A stretch of DNA of 64,000 bases from Caulobacterales bacterium (GCA_038206535.1 JBBRAV010000009.1:48638-112637); one strand, 5' to 3'; positions 22,277-32,499 are shown, counted from the first letter of the stretch. Translations and numbers: made by a program. The notes: generated from the letters alone by a model not told the origin.

Positions 22277-23182
22277 CTAGCCTTCGGAACGGCCGCGAAG
22301 CCGAGCGAGCGCCTCGTCGAGGCGGCTGGTCGCCGATCCTCGTTTCAGCGCCTTCGGCTGATCGGGATGCGGCGCCCACCCGGTCAGCCCGATGATCTCG
22401 AAGGTCGCCGGCGCCCGGCCGTCGGAGCCGGCGAAGCGCTCGAGGTAGATCTCGGCGGCGCGCGCTAAGACCGACCGGCTGAGTGGCGCCAGGGATCGCT
22501 CGTACAGCGCATTGGTTTCACCCATCGCCCGAAGGTCGGCAAGCAGTTCAAGGGGATGCGCGTAGCGGACGGTGACGCGATCGACATCGACGACCGGAAG
22601 GGCGAAGCCGGCCCGACGCATCAGATCGCCCGCGTCGCCGGCGTCGATGAACGGAGAGACGCGCGGGCCGGCGCCGCCGGTCTGCTCGAGATCGGCTTCA
22701 GTCAGGGCCAGGCGCAGTTCGTGCAGGGTGGCGCCGCCCAGGAGCGCTCCCAGAAACAGGCCGTCGGGTTTGAGGGCGCGGCGAACCTGGATGAGGGCCC
22801 CGACCAGATCGTTGACCCAATGCAGCGCCAGTGTCGAGACGATGAGGTCGGCGGACGCGTCCAAGAACGGCAGGATTTCTTCGTCGAGCACGACTCTCGC
22901 GCCGCCGCGCCGCGCCAGCATCTTCCGGGACAGGTCCGACTCGATCAAATACCCTACTTGGCCAGGACGCCCGCTCCGCCTCAAAGCCTCGGAAAGCAGG
23001 CCAGTTCGCGCGCCCAACTCAATCGCCGTCGCAAAGTCCCGGTTGATGCCTCCGAGACGGTCGACAACGTCGTCGACGGCCCGGCGTTTCAGAAATTCGG
23101 CATGCGCGAAGCGCGGGGCCGCCCGAGAGAGGCGCGTTCGATGCAGGGCCCGGTCAAAAAGGCGGGGAGGAGAATTCGTCAC
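22277..23182 (-). CDS. class I SAM-dependent methyltransferase
   Basis: GTG at 23182 (VTNSPPRLFDRALHR). ADLIVSTLALHWVNDL and LKPDGLFL motifs. Divergent from comF, as in many alphaproteobacteria. Confidence 0.75.
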   Translation of the reverse strand: MTNSPPRLFDRALHRTRLSRAAPRFAHAEFLKRRAVDDVVDRLGGINRDFATAIELGARTGLLSEALRRSGRPGQVGYLIESDLSRKMLARRGGARVVLDEEILPFLDASADLIVSTLALHWVNDLVGALIQVRRALKPDGLFLGALLGGATLHELRLALTEADLEQTGGAGPRVSPFIDAGDAGDLMRRAGFALPVVDVDRVTVRYAHPLELLADLRAMGETNALYERSLAPLSRSVLARAAEIYLERFAGSDGRAPATFEIIGLTGWAPHPDQPKALKRGSATSRLDEALARLRGRSEG

Positions 23183-23249
23183 GCGCGAAAGGCCTACTGC
23201 AAGCGGCGCGGACGTGCAAAGCTTGCGCGTCGAACACAAGCGAGGGGCC

Positions 23250-24026
23250 GTGATTTCATTCGAAGCGCGCCAATCGGGCGCCCGGGCGCTGGCGCGGGCC
23301 GGCTCGGGCCTGCTTGATCTGATCATTCCACCGCGCCCGCTGAACGAAGGCGCCGGATCGGTTCAGACGCTGGGACTGACCGCCGAGGCCTGGGGACGAA
23401 TCAACTTCGTCGAGGCGCCTTGCTGCGACGCATGCGGCGCGCCATTCGCCTATCACCAAGGCGAAGGGGCCTTGTGTCCGGCCTGCCATGCGCGCAGGCC
23501 GGCCTTCGATCGCGGTCGGGCGGCGTGCGTGTACGACGAGGCTTCGCGCGATCTGATCCTGAAGTTGAAACACGCCGATCGGTCCGATCTGGCCGTACTG
23601 TTCGCAAGCTGGATCGCGCGGTCGGCCGGCGACGTCATCGGCGATGCGGACGCTTTGATCCCGGTTCCATTGCATCGCCTGCGTCTTCTGCGCCGACGCT
23701 ACAATCAGGCCGCCGAGATCGCGCGCAGACTGTCGTCGCGCACCGGTGTGGCGTATTTTCCCGACGCCTTGGTGCGCGTGCGCGCGACGCGAGGGCAGGG
23801 CGGCCAGTCGGCGGCGGGCCGACGCAGGAATGTGGCCGGCGCCTTTCGCGTGGCGCCCGGCTGGCGCGGGCGGGTCAAGGGTCGCCGGCTTGTCGTCATC
23901 GACGATGTCCTCACGACGGGCGCGACGCTGGAAGGGTGCGCTCGCGCCCTGAAGTCGGCGGGCGCGGCAAGCGTCGATATCGCGGTCATTGCGCGCGTGA
24001 AAGAATCCGCGGCGCGCGCTATATGA
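23250..24026 (+). CDS. ComF family protein (phosphoribosyltransferase-like)
   Basis: N-terminal Cys pairs CCDACG...CPACH and the PRT motif LVVIDDVLTTGAT. Start is uncertain (GTG 23250 or GTG 23214). The upstream part of the ORF-track entry is antisense to the methyltransferase. Confidence 0.78.
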   Translation: MISFEARQSGARALARAGSGLLDLIIPPRPLNEGAGSVQTLGLTAEAWGRINFVEAPCCDACGAPFAYHQGEGALCPACHARRPAFDRGRAACVYDEASRDLILKLKHADRSDLAVLFASWIARSAGDVIGDADALIPVPLHRLRLLRRRYNQAAEIARRLSSRTGVAYFPDALVRVRATRGQGGQSAAGRRRNVAGAFRVAPGWRGRVKGRRLVVIDDVLTTGATLEGCARALKSAGAASVDIAVIARVKESAARAI

Positions 24027-24072
24027 GACGGGTCTGCTTCGCTCCGCTTTTGTTCAGGAACTTCCGATTGGT

Positions 24073-24327
24073 ATGGCCCAGGTCACCATCTACACGCGTC
24101 CCTTCTGTGGCTACTGCGCGCGCGCGCTCGCCTTGCTTGCCGACAAAGGCGCGGAGGTGAATGAGATAGAGGCGGGATTCGACCCTGCCAAACGCAGCGA
24201 GATGGTCGCCCGTTCGGGCGGTGCGACCTTCCCTCAGATCTTCATCGGCGAGCGCCATGTCGGGGGTTGCGACGACCTCGTCGCGCTCGATAAGCGAGGC
24301 GAACTCGACGGTCTGTTGGCCGCGTGA
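24073..24327 (+). CDS. grxC: glutaredoxin 3
   Basis: VTIYTRPFCGYCARA active site and TFPQIFIGERHVGGCDDL; 84 aa. Confidence 0.92.
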   Translation: MAQVTIYTRPFCGYCARALALLADKGAEVNEIEAGFDPAKRSEMVARSGGATFPQIFIGERHVGGCDDLVALDKRGELDGLLAA

Positions 24328-25145
24328 CAATCGAGGTCTCCCTCGTTCAATTGCGGACTCCGTCCTCTCAGGCCGAGGCCCTGCGTCAAGCGGCGCCACT
24401 GGTGCGCGAGGCTGCGGCGGGCGGCGCCCGGGTGATCGTCACACCAGAGGGAAGCAATATCCTGCAGCGCAATCGCTCCCTATTGTTCGACGCGCTGGCG
24501 CCGATGGAGAGCGACGCGGCCGTCAACGGGTATCGCGCCCTGGCGACGGAATTGAATGTCTGGATATTGATCGGATCGGCGATGGTCCTGCGTCCCGACG
24601 GCAAGGCGGCCAACCGCTCGATCCTCGTCGATCCACAAGGGTCCGTGGCGGCGACCTACGACAAGCTTCACATGTTCGACGTCGACCTTCCGACCGGAGA
24701 GAGGCACCGGGAATCCGCGGTCTATGAACCTGGGCTCGCCGCCGTCGTCGCCGAGGCCGCAGGCGCGCGCCTGGGACTGACGATCTGTTACGATTTGCGC
24801 TTTCCCGCCCTGCATCGCTCGCTCGCTCGGGCCGGCGCGCACGTGCTCACCACGCCCGCCGCATTCACCCGGCCGACGGGCAAAGCCCACTGGGAGGTGT
24901 TGCTGCGTGCTCGCGCCATCGAGACCGGCTCGTTCGTTCTGGCGCCGGCGCAGGGTGGGGCGCACGAGGACGGTCGCGAGACGTGGGGGCATTCGCTCGT
25001 GATCGGCCCCTGGGGAGACGTACTGGCTCACGCCGACCACGACGAGCCCTGTGTCATATCCGCGACGCTAGATCTGGCTCAGGTCGAAAGGGCGCGCGCG
25101 GCCATACCCGTCCTCGAGAACGCGCGGGCGTTCACCGGCCCATGA
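24324..25145 (+). CDS. carbon-nitrogen hydrolase family protein (nitrilase/omega-amidase-like)
   Basis: GTG overlaps the grxC stop (GTGA). VTPEGSN, YDKLHMFDV and LTICYDLRFP (catalytic Cys) motifs. Confidence 0.85.
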   Translation: MTIEVSLVQLRTPSSQAEALRQAAPLVREAAAGGARVIVTPEGSNILQRNRSLLFDALAPMESDAAVNGYRALATELNVWILIGSAMVLRPDGKAANRSILVDPQGSVAATYDKLHMFDVDLPTGERHRESAVYEPGLAAVVAEAAGARLGLTICYDLRFPALHRSLARAGAHVLTTPAAFTRPTGKAHWEVLLRARAIETGSFVLAPAQGGAHEDGRETWGHSLVIGPWGDVLAHADHDEPCVISATLDLAQVERARAAIPVLENARAFTGP

Positions 25146-25573
25146 TACGCTACGCGCTCGTTTGTGACTCCGGCCATGATTTCGAAGGATGGTTCGGCGC
25201 GTCCGCCGACTTCGACGATCAAGCCTCGCGCGGCTTGCTGGCGTGTCCGGTGTGCGCCTCGCCTGACGTACGCAAGCAGATCATGGCGCCCGCAGTAAGC
25301 GGAACCCGCAAGCAGAACGCCGCCGGTCTGCCCGCGAACGCACAGGCGATGATGATGGAGGCGCTGGGTCAGGTGCGCCGCCATGTCGAGGAGAATTTCG
25401 ACTATGTGGGCGACAGCTTCGCCAGCGAGGCGAGGCTGATCCACGAAGGCAAGTCCGAGGAGCGAGGCATTTACGGAGAAGCCTCCCCGACCGAGGTGAA
25501 GGCTCTGCTTAGCGATGGCGTGCCCGTGGCGCCATTGCCACCCGCCGCGCCGAAGAAGACGCAGATCAACTGA
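25142..25573 (+). CDS. DUF1178 family protein
   Basis: ATG overlaps the upstream stop (ATGA). MIRYALVCDSGHDFEGWFGASADFDDQ...CPVC is the typical DUF1178 N-terminus. Confidence 0.75.
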   Translation: MIRYALVCDSGHDFEGWFGASADFDDQASRGLLACPVCASPDVRKQIMAPAVSGTRKQNAAGLPANAQAMMMEALGQVRRHVEENFDYVGDSFASEARLIHEGKSEERGIYGEASPTEVKALLSDGVPVAPLPPAAPKKTQIN

Positions 25574-25596
25574 CGTTCCAACGGCATCCCCGCTTT

Positions 25597-25647
25597 CCCT
25601 CCCCTTTATGAGGAGGGACAGGACGCGAAGCGTCCACGGTGGGGAAG
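25597..25647 (+). repeat. GC-rich double-hairpin intergenic element, copy A
   Basis: CCCTCCCCTTTATGAGGAGGGACAGGACGCGAAGCGTCCACGGTGGGGAAG. Hairpin 1 is CCCTCC/GGAGGG and hairpin 2 is GGACGC/GCGTCC. It aligns with copies at 25686-25740 (inverted) and 61067-61118. Confidence 0.6.
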
Positions 25648-25685
25648 TGCGGCGGACTTGGCGGCTGTGCGGAGTTTCATAGAGA

Positions 25686-25740
25686 CTTCCCCACCCTGAC
25701 GGCTTCGCCGTCTGTCCCCTACTTCGGGGGGAGGGAGGGA
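25686..25740 (-). repeat. GC-rich double-hairpin intergenic element, copy B (inverted relative to A)
   Basis: The reverse complement reads TCCCTCCCTCCCCCCGAAGTAGGGGACAGACGGCGAAGCCGTCAGGGTGGGGAAG, nearly identical to copy C over GGGACAGACGGCG-AG-CCGTCAGGG-GGGG. Confidence 0.6.
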
Positions 25741-25752
25741 CGACTGCCGCCG

Positions 25753-26733
25753 TTACTGGAACAGGTATCGCAGAGACACCCCGACATCGTTGGTCGTCCC
25801 CCAATGGTAGCCATCCAGGGCGACATCCTCAGGATAAGTCACATTGGTGTGGTCTCGGAACGTGTGGTTGTAATTGACGCTTCCGACGAGTCTGTTCGGG
25901 ATCAGGTGATAGTTCAGCGAAACGCCCACGTCGGCGGTGTTCCCGAGATTTTCCCTATGGAAGAGATAGGGCAGGTTGTTGCTCACGGTCGGACTGCCGT
26001 TAAAAGTATAGCTCGCGTTCACGTTGGCCGAGAGCCTGTTGGTCAACCGGGTCTGGGTCTGCAGTCCAAGCGTCGGCGCCCAGTATGAACTCGTGTTGGC
26101 ATAGCCGCGCTGCGGCGAGGCGGTCTGCTGGGTCGAGGAATCGTAATAGTTGGCCGTCACCGATCCGCGGAGCGTGAAGAACCGGGTTTCCCGCGCGATG
26201 GCCAGACCAAAATCGGCTGCGGCGCCGCCGCGCGCGACGGTGGCGTCCTCGCCGTTGATCGCGGCGCTCGACGAGAAGGCGTCCGGAGAATAATGGCCGA
26301 ACACATCGAGCATGAAGGGCTGCTGTTTCTGATCGATGAGACGGTATGTGAGGCCGAAGGCCGGGTCATACCATCCGCTTTGGCTGGTCGACCTCGCGCC
26401 CGTCGCGGTCGTGACTTTGGCGTTGCCGGAGAAACCGTAGGCTTCGCTGACGTTGATCGACAGGCGGTCGGAGACGCCGAACGCGAAAGTCTGGGTGAGG
26501 GTGTTCAGAGTACGACTCGTCGATGACAAGTTTGCTCCGCTCGCATTGAAGCCCTGTGACTGTGTATCGCCGTAGTTGTACGAAGACTCGCCGTAGATCT
26601 GACCCTTCAAGGGCAGGAAGGCCGGATCGCTCAGAATGCGATCGCTTATGGGCGTGAAGTCCTCTGTCGCGGCCGCCATGGGGATCATCAAGGTGGCGGC
26701 GATCGAAAGGCCGATAACGCTGCGCGTCAGCAT
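25753..26733 (-). CDS. outer-membrane beta-barrel protein (porin-like), family unknown
   Basis: Signal peptide MLTRSVIGLSIAATLMIPMAAA. The mature part is rich in alternating aromatic/polar residues with Y/N/S/T/G, ending GVSLRYLFQ, which is typical of a beta-barrel. Confidence 0.65.
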   Translation of the reverse strand: MLTRSVIGLSIAATLMIPMAAATEDFTPISDRILSDPAFLPLKGQIYGESSYNYGDTQSQGFNASGANLSSTSRTLNTLTQTFAFGVSDRLSINVSEAYGFSGNAKVTTATGARSTSQSGWYDPAFGLTYRLIDQKQQPFMLDVFGHYSPDAFSSSAAINGEDATVARGGAAADFGLAIARETRFFTLRGSVTANYYDSSTQQTASPQRGYANTSSYWAPTLGLQTQTRLTNRLSANVNASYTFNGSPTVSNNLPYLFHRENLGNTADVGVSLNYHLIPNRLVGSVNYNHTFRDHTNVTYPEDVALDGYHWGTTNDVGVSLRYLFQ

Positions 26734-26892
26734 GGTTGGTGGCTCCTTGGGGTTTCAGGAGCGGTGCGGATCGCTGAACAATGTGCCTGGGCGATGTCAA
26801 TCGAGCCACGATCCGGCCAAATTCACTTCTTTGTCGATAGTGGGCTCGTCTGACGGGCGGTATCATCCAGCTCTGTGGCCGGAATGCAACGC

Positions 26893-27666
26893 TTAGAGCG
26901 ACGCGCCGTGATCTTCCCGCCGGCTCATGGCCATGAAGTAGTTGATCGACACGTCGGCCGATATCGACCATCGCGCGGTCAGCGGATCAAGCTTGGCGCC
27001 ATAGGGACCATCGACGGTCACGCCCGAACCGTCGAGGTGGGCGCGCATTTCGTCCGGCCGCACGAATTTTCGCCAGTCATGCGTGCCCATCGGCAGCCAG
27101 CGCAGCAGGTGTTCGGCGGCGACCTTGGCCAGCGCCAGGGACTTGAGCGTGCGGTTCAAGGTCGCGACGATCATCAGACCGCCAGGGGCCGTGAGGCGCG
27201 CGCAATCCCGCAGAAAGTCGCCTGGGTCCGTTACGTGTTCGACGACTTCCATGCTGACGACAAGATCGAAGGCCGGCTCCGCGCGGGACAGCAACGCCTC
27301 GACCGTGCCGGCGCGATAGTCGATGTCCAACCCCATGGCCGCCGCGTGAAGCTGGGCGACAGAGACGTTGCGTTCCGACGCGTCGAGACCCGTCACGCTG
27401 AAACCCAGTCGCGCCAGGGGCTCACAGATCAGCCCGCCGCCGCAGCCGACGTCCAGCGCTCGCAAACCAATGAAAGGAGTCCGCTCGCGCTCTTGCCTCC
27501 CAAACCGCGTCAGCGCCCGATCGCGAATGAATGCGAGACGAACCGGATTGAGCGCATGCAGCGGCGCGAATTTGCCGCGGGGGTTCCACCAGTCCTCGGC
27601 GATCGCGGAGAACCGCGCGACATCGGCGGGGTCGATGCTGGTGCTGGTCGAGGCGGGGGCGGACAT
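26893..27666 (-). CDS. ubiG: bifunctional 3-demethylubiquinol 3-O-methyltransferase UbiG
   Basis: [26 protein letters not shown], the SAM motif LDVGCGGG, and [10 protein letters not shown]. Confidence 0.9.
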   Translation of the reverse strand: MSAPASTSTSIDPADVARFSAIAEDWWNPRGKFAPLHALNPVRLAFIRDRALTRFGRQERERTPFIGLRALDVGCGGGLICEPLARLGFSVTGLDASERNVSVAQLHAAAMGLDIDYRAGTVEALLSRAEPAFDLVVSMEVVEHVTDPGDFLRDCARLTAPGGLMIVATLNRTLKSLALAKVAAEHLLRWLPMGTHDWRKFVRPDEMRAHLDGSGVTVDGPYGAKLDPLTARWSISADVSINYFMAMSRREDHGASL

Positions 27667-27750
27667 TGGCGCAGACTAGCGATCGCGGCCGCGCTTGTCG
27701 CGTGAGGATCGCGTCGCTAAAAGCGCGCTTCGCGCGGAGGGCGGACCCGA

Positions 27751-29001
27751 TTGTCTCGGCTTGTCATGAAATTCGGGGGAACGTCCGTCGCCGATCTCGA
27801 ACGCATACGGCGGGTCGCCGGCCTGGTGATGGCCGAGATATCCTCTGGCCATAGTGTCGCCGTCGTGGTGTCGGCCATGGCTGGCAGGACCAATGAGCTC
27901 GTCGCCTGGACCGACGCGGCCGGGCCGGCCGCGCAGGGGCTCGCTTCCTCGGACGACGAGTATGACTCCGTGGTGGCTTCTGGCGAGCAGGTTACGGCAG
28001 GACTGCTTGCCATGAGCCTGCGTAATATGGGCGCAAGGGCGCGTTCGTGGCTGGGTTGGCAGATCCCCATCATCACCGATGAGTCGCATGGCAAGGCGCG
28101 CATCGAGGAAATCCCCGCCGTCAATCTGGATCGCGCCCTGGGCGCCGGCGAGGTGGCCGTGATCGCCGGTTTTCAAGGCGTCACACGAGGGGGCCGGCTC
28201 GCCACGCTGGGACGCGGCGGCTCCGACACCACTGCTGTCGCGATCGCCGCGGCGATCAGAGCCGACCGATGCGACATCTACACGGACGTGGACGGCGTCT
28301 ATACCACCGACCCGAGAATCGAGGCCAAGGCGCGCCGTCTGGCTCAGATAAGTTACGAGGAAATGCTGGAGATGGCCTCACTCGGCGCCAAGGTGCTGCA
28401 CACCCGCTCGGTGGAGATGGCGATGGCCCACGGCGTGCCGGTCAGGGTGCTGTCGAGCTTCGTCGACCCTGGACAAACAGGCGGCCGGGGCACCATGGTC
28501 TGTGACGAGGAGGAAATCGTGGAAAAACGGATCGTGAGCGGCGTGGCCTACAGCCGTGACGAGGCGAAGATCAGCCTGTTTGGCCTGCCCGATCATCCAG
28601 GCGTGTCCTCCGAGATCTTCGGGCGCCTCGCCGACGCGAACGTCAATGTCGACATGATCGTCCAGAGCCACGCCCATCGCGAAGGCTCGGCGAACATGGA
28701 GTTCACTGTCGGCAAGCGCGATGCGCAGCGAGCTGTCGAGATCGTGCGGGGGGCGCAAGGCTCCATCGGCTTCGACGATGTCGCCGTCAACGAAGATGTC
28801 GCCAAGGTTTCGGTCATCGGCGTCGGCATGCGCAGTCATGCGGGGGTCGCCAAGACCATGTTCGGCGCCCTCGCGGAAAAGGGCGTCAATATTCAGGTGA
28901 TCTCTACATCCGAAATCAAGATAAGCGTGCTTATCGACGCGGCCTATACCGAGCTGGCCGTGCGCGCGTTGCACGCCGCCTATGGCCTGGACCGCCTTTA
29001 G
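27751..29001 (+). CDS. lysC: aspartate kinase
   Basis: TTG start gives (M)SRLVMKFGGTSV, matching the usual alphaproteobacterial N-terminus. Two C-terminal ACT domains. 416 aa. Confidence 0.95.
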   Translation: MSRLVMKFGGTSVADLERIRRVAGLVMAEISSGHSVAVVVSAMAGRTNELVAWTDAAGPAAQGLASSDDEYDSVVASGEQVTAGLLAMSLRNMGARARSWLGWQIPIITDESHGKARIEEIPAVNLDRALGAGEVAVIAGFQGVTRGGRLATLGRGGSDTTAVAIAAAIRADRCDIYTDVDGVYTTDPRIEAKARRLAQISYEEMLEMASLGAKVLHTRSVEMAMAHGVPVRVLSSFVDPGQTGGRGTMVCDEEEIVEKRIVSGVAYSRDEAKISLFGLPDHPGVSSEIFGRLADANVNVDMIVQSHAHREGSANMEFTVGKRDAQRAVEIVRGAQGSIGFDDVAVNEDVAKVSVIGVGMRSHAGVAKTMFGALAEKGVNIQVISTSEIKISVLIDAAYTELAVRALHAAYGLDRL

Positions 29002-29127
29002 GCATTCGCTTCAAAATCGATTGAGCCAGGCTTCGCGCCGAGCGCACGCGCGGCAAAACCTGTTATAGGCGCTTTGCGCGCCGGCGGCGCGACAACGCAC
29101 AAGAGGAAGGAGCGCGTCAGAAGTCTC

Positions 29128-31392
29128 ATGCCATCGCCAGGGCTCATTACCCGCGGACCGCGCAGTCTGCTGCGGCAGATTCGCGAGGCCATGGCTGGAA
29201 CCAAGCCGACCCAGGGCAAGCTGGACATGGTCGTGCGCACCATAGCCGGCTCGATGGTGGCGGAGGTGTGTTCGATCTACCTGCGCCGCGCCAACGGCGA
29301 AATGGAGCTGTTCTCGACGGAGGGTCTCGATCGGGGCGCCGTTCACGTCACCCGCATGAAGCCCGGCGAGGGGCTCGTCGGAGAGATCATGCGTCAGGGA
29401 CGGCCGCTCAACCTGTCCGACGCGCCGGCCCACCCGGCGTTCTCGTACAGGCCCGAAACCGGCGAGGATCCCTTCCATGCCCTGTTGGGCGTTCCCCTTT
29501 TACGGGGCGGCCGCGCGATCGGCGTGCTCGTGGTGCAGAACCGCACGAGCCGCGTCTATGCCGAGGATGAGGTCGAGGATCTCCAGATCATCGCCATGGT
29601 CCTGGCGGAGATGGTCGCCACCGGCGATCTGCTTTCGCTGGAGGAGCTCAAGGACGTCGAAATCGCACCCATGCGGGCCGAGCGGCTCAAGGGGGCGAAG
29701 TTCGCGGACGGTCTCGCGTTCGGGGTCGCCGTGCTGCATGAGGCGCCTGTGGCCGTCGGACGCCTGCTGGCCGACGACGTCACGGCCGAGGAAGCGCGGC
29801 TGGCTTCGGCCATCTCGGCCTTGCAGTCACAGATCACTACCATGCTCGCGGGCCACGAAGGCATTCTGGGTCCTTCGTACGATGTTCTCGAAACCTATCG
29901 CATGCTCGCGCACAGCCGGAGTTGGAACCACTCGCTGCAGGAGGCGGTGCGTTCGGGCCTTACCGCCGAGGCTGCGGTCGAGCGCGTGCGATCAGAGCAC
30001 CGCGCCAGTCTGGGTCAGGCCCGCGATCCGTACATCCGCGAACGGGTGCACGATCTCGAAGACCTCAACGATCGTTTGTTGCGGCACCTGACCGGGGAGG
30101 GCGACAGGAAGAGAACGCTTCCCGACAACGCCATCCTGATCGCCCGCAACCTGGGTCCGGCCGATCTGCTGGAGTATGACCGTTCAAAACTTCGCGGGTT
30201 GCTGCTGGAAGAGGGCTCGTCGGCAAGCCACGCGGTGATCGTGGCGCGCGCGCTCGACATTCCCTGCGTCGGTCGCATCGCGGGCTTGCGTGATCGGGTC
30301 AACCAGGGCGATCCGGTGATCGTCGACGCGGAGACGGGCGAGGCCTACCTCCGGCCCAGGCCCGATGTCGTCAAGGCCGTTACGGCGCGGATCAGCGTGC
30401 GCGCGGAGCGGCGGGCGGAGTTCGCGCGTCTGCGCGACACGCCGGCCTTCACCCGCGATGGCGTGAAGATCACGCTGCTGATGAATGCGGGACTGGCCGT
30501 CGACCTGGACATACTCGCCGAGACCGGAGCCGAGGGGATCGGCCTGTTCCGGACCGAATTCCAGTTCATGGTCTCCGAAGACCTGCCGCGTCTGACGGCG
30601 CAGTCGACTCTCTATTCGAAGGTCCTCGAGGGCGCCGGGACGCTGCCGGTGACGTTCCGCACGCTCGATCTGGGGGGCGACAAGGTGTTGCCCTATCTCG
30701 AGGCCGAGCGGGAGGACAATCCCGCCCTGGGGTGGCGGGCCGTGCGCATGGGCCTGGACCGGCCCGCTTTGTTGCGCATGCAGCTGCGGGCCCTGATCGC
30801 GGCAGCCGCCGGCCGGCCGCTGCAGGTGATGTTCCCACTTGTCGCCACCGTGGACGAGTTCCGCCATGCGCGCGCCCTCGTCGAGCGCGAGGTCGCCTGG
30901 GCCGAGCGCCGTGGTCGCCCGGCTCCAGCGCGCCTGGAGGTCGGCGCAATGATCGAAGCGCCGTCGCTTCTGTGGCACCTGGACGCGCTCTTGCCGCTCA
31001 CCGATTTCGTCTCCGTCGGCACCAACGACCTCATGCAGTATTTGTTCGCCGCCGACCGCGGGAACCCCCGCGTGTCGGAGCGTTACGACCCGCTGTCGCC
31101 GCCGGCGCTACGCGCCCTGAAATCGATCCGCGATGCATGTGTCGAGACCGGCACGCCGGTGTCGGTGTGCGGGGAGATGGCAGGTCGTCCGCTCGAAGCC
31201 TTCGCTCTGGTCGCGCTCGGGTTCGAGCGCCTGTCCATGCCGCCGTCGGGGATCGGGGCGGTAAAGCAGATGGTCTTGTCGTGCGATCGCGGCGCGGCGC
31301 GCAGAGGGATTGAGGGATTCCTGCGCAGCGCCGGAGGGTCTCTGCGCGGTGAGATAGAATCACTGGCGCGAAAGCTGTTTGTGGCGGTTTAA
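29128..31392 (+). CDS. ptsP: phosphoenolpyruvate-protein phosphotransferase PtsP (EI-Ntr, GAF domain)
   Basis: ATG at 29128. N-terminal GAF domain, phospho-His region GSSASHAVIVARALDIPCV, and a C-terminal PEP-utilising domain with GTNDLMQY. Confidence 0.9.
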   Translation: MPSPGLITRGPRSLLRQIREAMAGTKPTQGKLDMVVRTIAGSMVAEVCSIYLRRANGEMELFSTEGLDRGAVHVTRMKPGEGLVGEIMRQGRPLNLSDAPAHPAFSYRPETGEDPFHALLGVPLLRGGRAIGVLVVQNRTSRVYAEDEVEDLQIIAMVLAEMVATGDLLSLEELKDVEIAPMRAERLKGAKFADGLAFGVAVLHEAPVAVGRLLADDVTAEEARLASAISALQSQITTMLAGHEGILGPSYDVLETYRMLAHSRSWNHSLQEAVRSGLTAEAAVERVRSEHRASLGQARDPYIRERVHDLEDLNDRLLRHLTGEGDRKRTLPDNAILIARNLGPADLLEYDRSKLRGLLLEEGSSASHAVIVARALDIPCVGRIAGLRDRVNQGDPVIVDAETGEAYLRPRPDVVKAVTARISVRAERRAEFARLRDTPAFTRDGVKITLLMNAGLAVDLDILAETGAEGIGLFRTEFQFMVSEDLPRLTAQSTLYSKVLEGAGTLPVTFRTLDLGGDKVLPYLEAEREDNPALGWRAVRMGLDRPALLRMQLRALIAAAAGRPLQVMFPLVATVDEFRHARALVEREVAWAERRGRPAPARLEVGAMIEAPSLLWHLDALLPLTDFVSVGTNDLMQYLFAADRGNPRVSERYDPLSPPALRALKSIRDACVETGTPVSVCGEMAGRPLEAFALVALGFERLSMPPSGIGAVKQMVLSCDRGAARRGIEGFLRSAGGSLRGEIESLARKLFVAV

Positions 31393-31498
31393 TTCATTGA
31401 ATTTGCGCGGTTCAGCGGCTAACGGCAATCCGGGACGGAAGCTGGCGCCTGGGGCGTTTCTCTTCCGGTGGCGGCCCCAGCCAAGGACCAGGTCAGAC

Positions 31499-32425
31499 AT
31501 GCCTTTGGACTCGGGCGCATTTGCCGAAAACAAGGACCGGCCCGCGAGCGTGGACGGCCTGGGGCCGCTGCGACCGCTTCCGGTACGGCTCAATGCTTCT
31601 GGCAACATAGGCGCGGCGTTGCGGGCGGCGCGTGAGTCCCTTGGCCTGGCGGTCGAGGACATCGCTCAGGCGACGCGGGTCCGGGCGGCGCACGTCGCCT
31701 CGCTCGAATCCTTCAATCTTGACGCCCTGCCGGCGCGCCCCTTCGTCGTCGGATACGTCCGCGCCTACGCCCGCGCGCTCGGGCTGGAAACCGAGGCCGT
31801 CGTCGCCCGCTTTCGCCACGAGGCCCCCGACGTCGACGACACCTTGAGAGCGCCCTCCGGGCTGCGCGGCCACGGACGCCGTTTCGGCGCTCTCGCCTTG
31901 GGCGTGGCGGTGCTGATCGCGGCCGTCGTCGGTTGGAATATCGTGCGCCATGCCGCCGCCGCGCCGCGACATGTCACCAGAGCGGTCATGCATCTGGAGC
32001 CCCGTAGCGCCGACTCGGGGCCGGCCGTGCTGGGCGCGCCATTGCCCGCGCCGCCGGAAGCCGCCGCTCCGCCGACCTATGAAACGCCCGGCCTCGCATC
32101 GTCCGCCGAGGCGCCGGACGCCGACCCTGTCGGCGCGTCCTTCGTTCCAAGCGGCGCTGTCTACGGCGCCCCCGCAGGTGGCGCGCGGTTGATCCTGCAA
32201 GCGCGCAAATCGACGTCGGTCGTCGTGCGCGGCGACGGTGGGATCGTTTTTGCGCGACAGATGGCCGCCGGCGAGGCATGGCGCGCGCCACCGTCGGCGG
32301 GTCTGCTCGTCGATGTCGCCAATCCTGCTTCGACAGAGGTGTTCGTCGATGGATTGTCGCGCGGGAAATTGACGCAAGGCAGGACGCCGCTCGACTCCCT
32401 GCTGGAGCCACCGGCCGCGCGCTGA
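31499..32425 (+). CDS. RodZ-like helix-turn-helix membrane protein (HTH + TM + DUF4115-like C-terminus)
   Basis: [28 protein letters not shown] and a single [20 protein letters not shown]. Lies immediately upstream of ispG, as rodZ does in enterobacteria. Confidence 0.7.
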   Translation: MPLDSGAFAENKDRPASVDGLGPLRPLPVRLNASGNIGAALRAARESLGLAVEDIAQATRVRAAHVASLESFNLDALPARPFVVGYVRAYARALGLETEAVVARFRHEAPDVDDTLRAPSGLRGHGRRFGALALGVAVLIAAVVGWNIVRHAAAAPRHVTRAVMHLEPRSADSGPAVLGAPLPAPPEAAAPPTYETPGLASSAEAPDADPVGASFVPSGAVYGAPAGGARLILQARKSTSVVVRGDGGIVFARQMAAGEAWRAPPSAGLLVDVANPASTEVFVDGLSRGKLTQGRTPLDSLLEPPAAR

Positions 32426-32499
32426 GCGGCGTGCCGGACGGGCGGCCGTTTCTTTCACGGCTTGGGCTGGCCGGCGAATTGCCCTATGTTGAGGCTACC

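Noticed and set aside
22572-23249. Long N-terminal extension of the comF ORF.
   Set aside because: It is antisense to the methyltransferase gene. ComF homologues begin about 20 aa before the LLDLxxPPR motif, so a GTG start near 23214-23250 fits better.
28480-28520. An internal in-frame start in lysC for a separate beta subunit, as occurs in some Gram-positives.
   Set aside because: An in-frame Met exists (…GTMVCDEEE…), but there is no clear Shine-Dalgarno. I know of no evidence for this arrangement in alphaproteobacteria.
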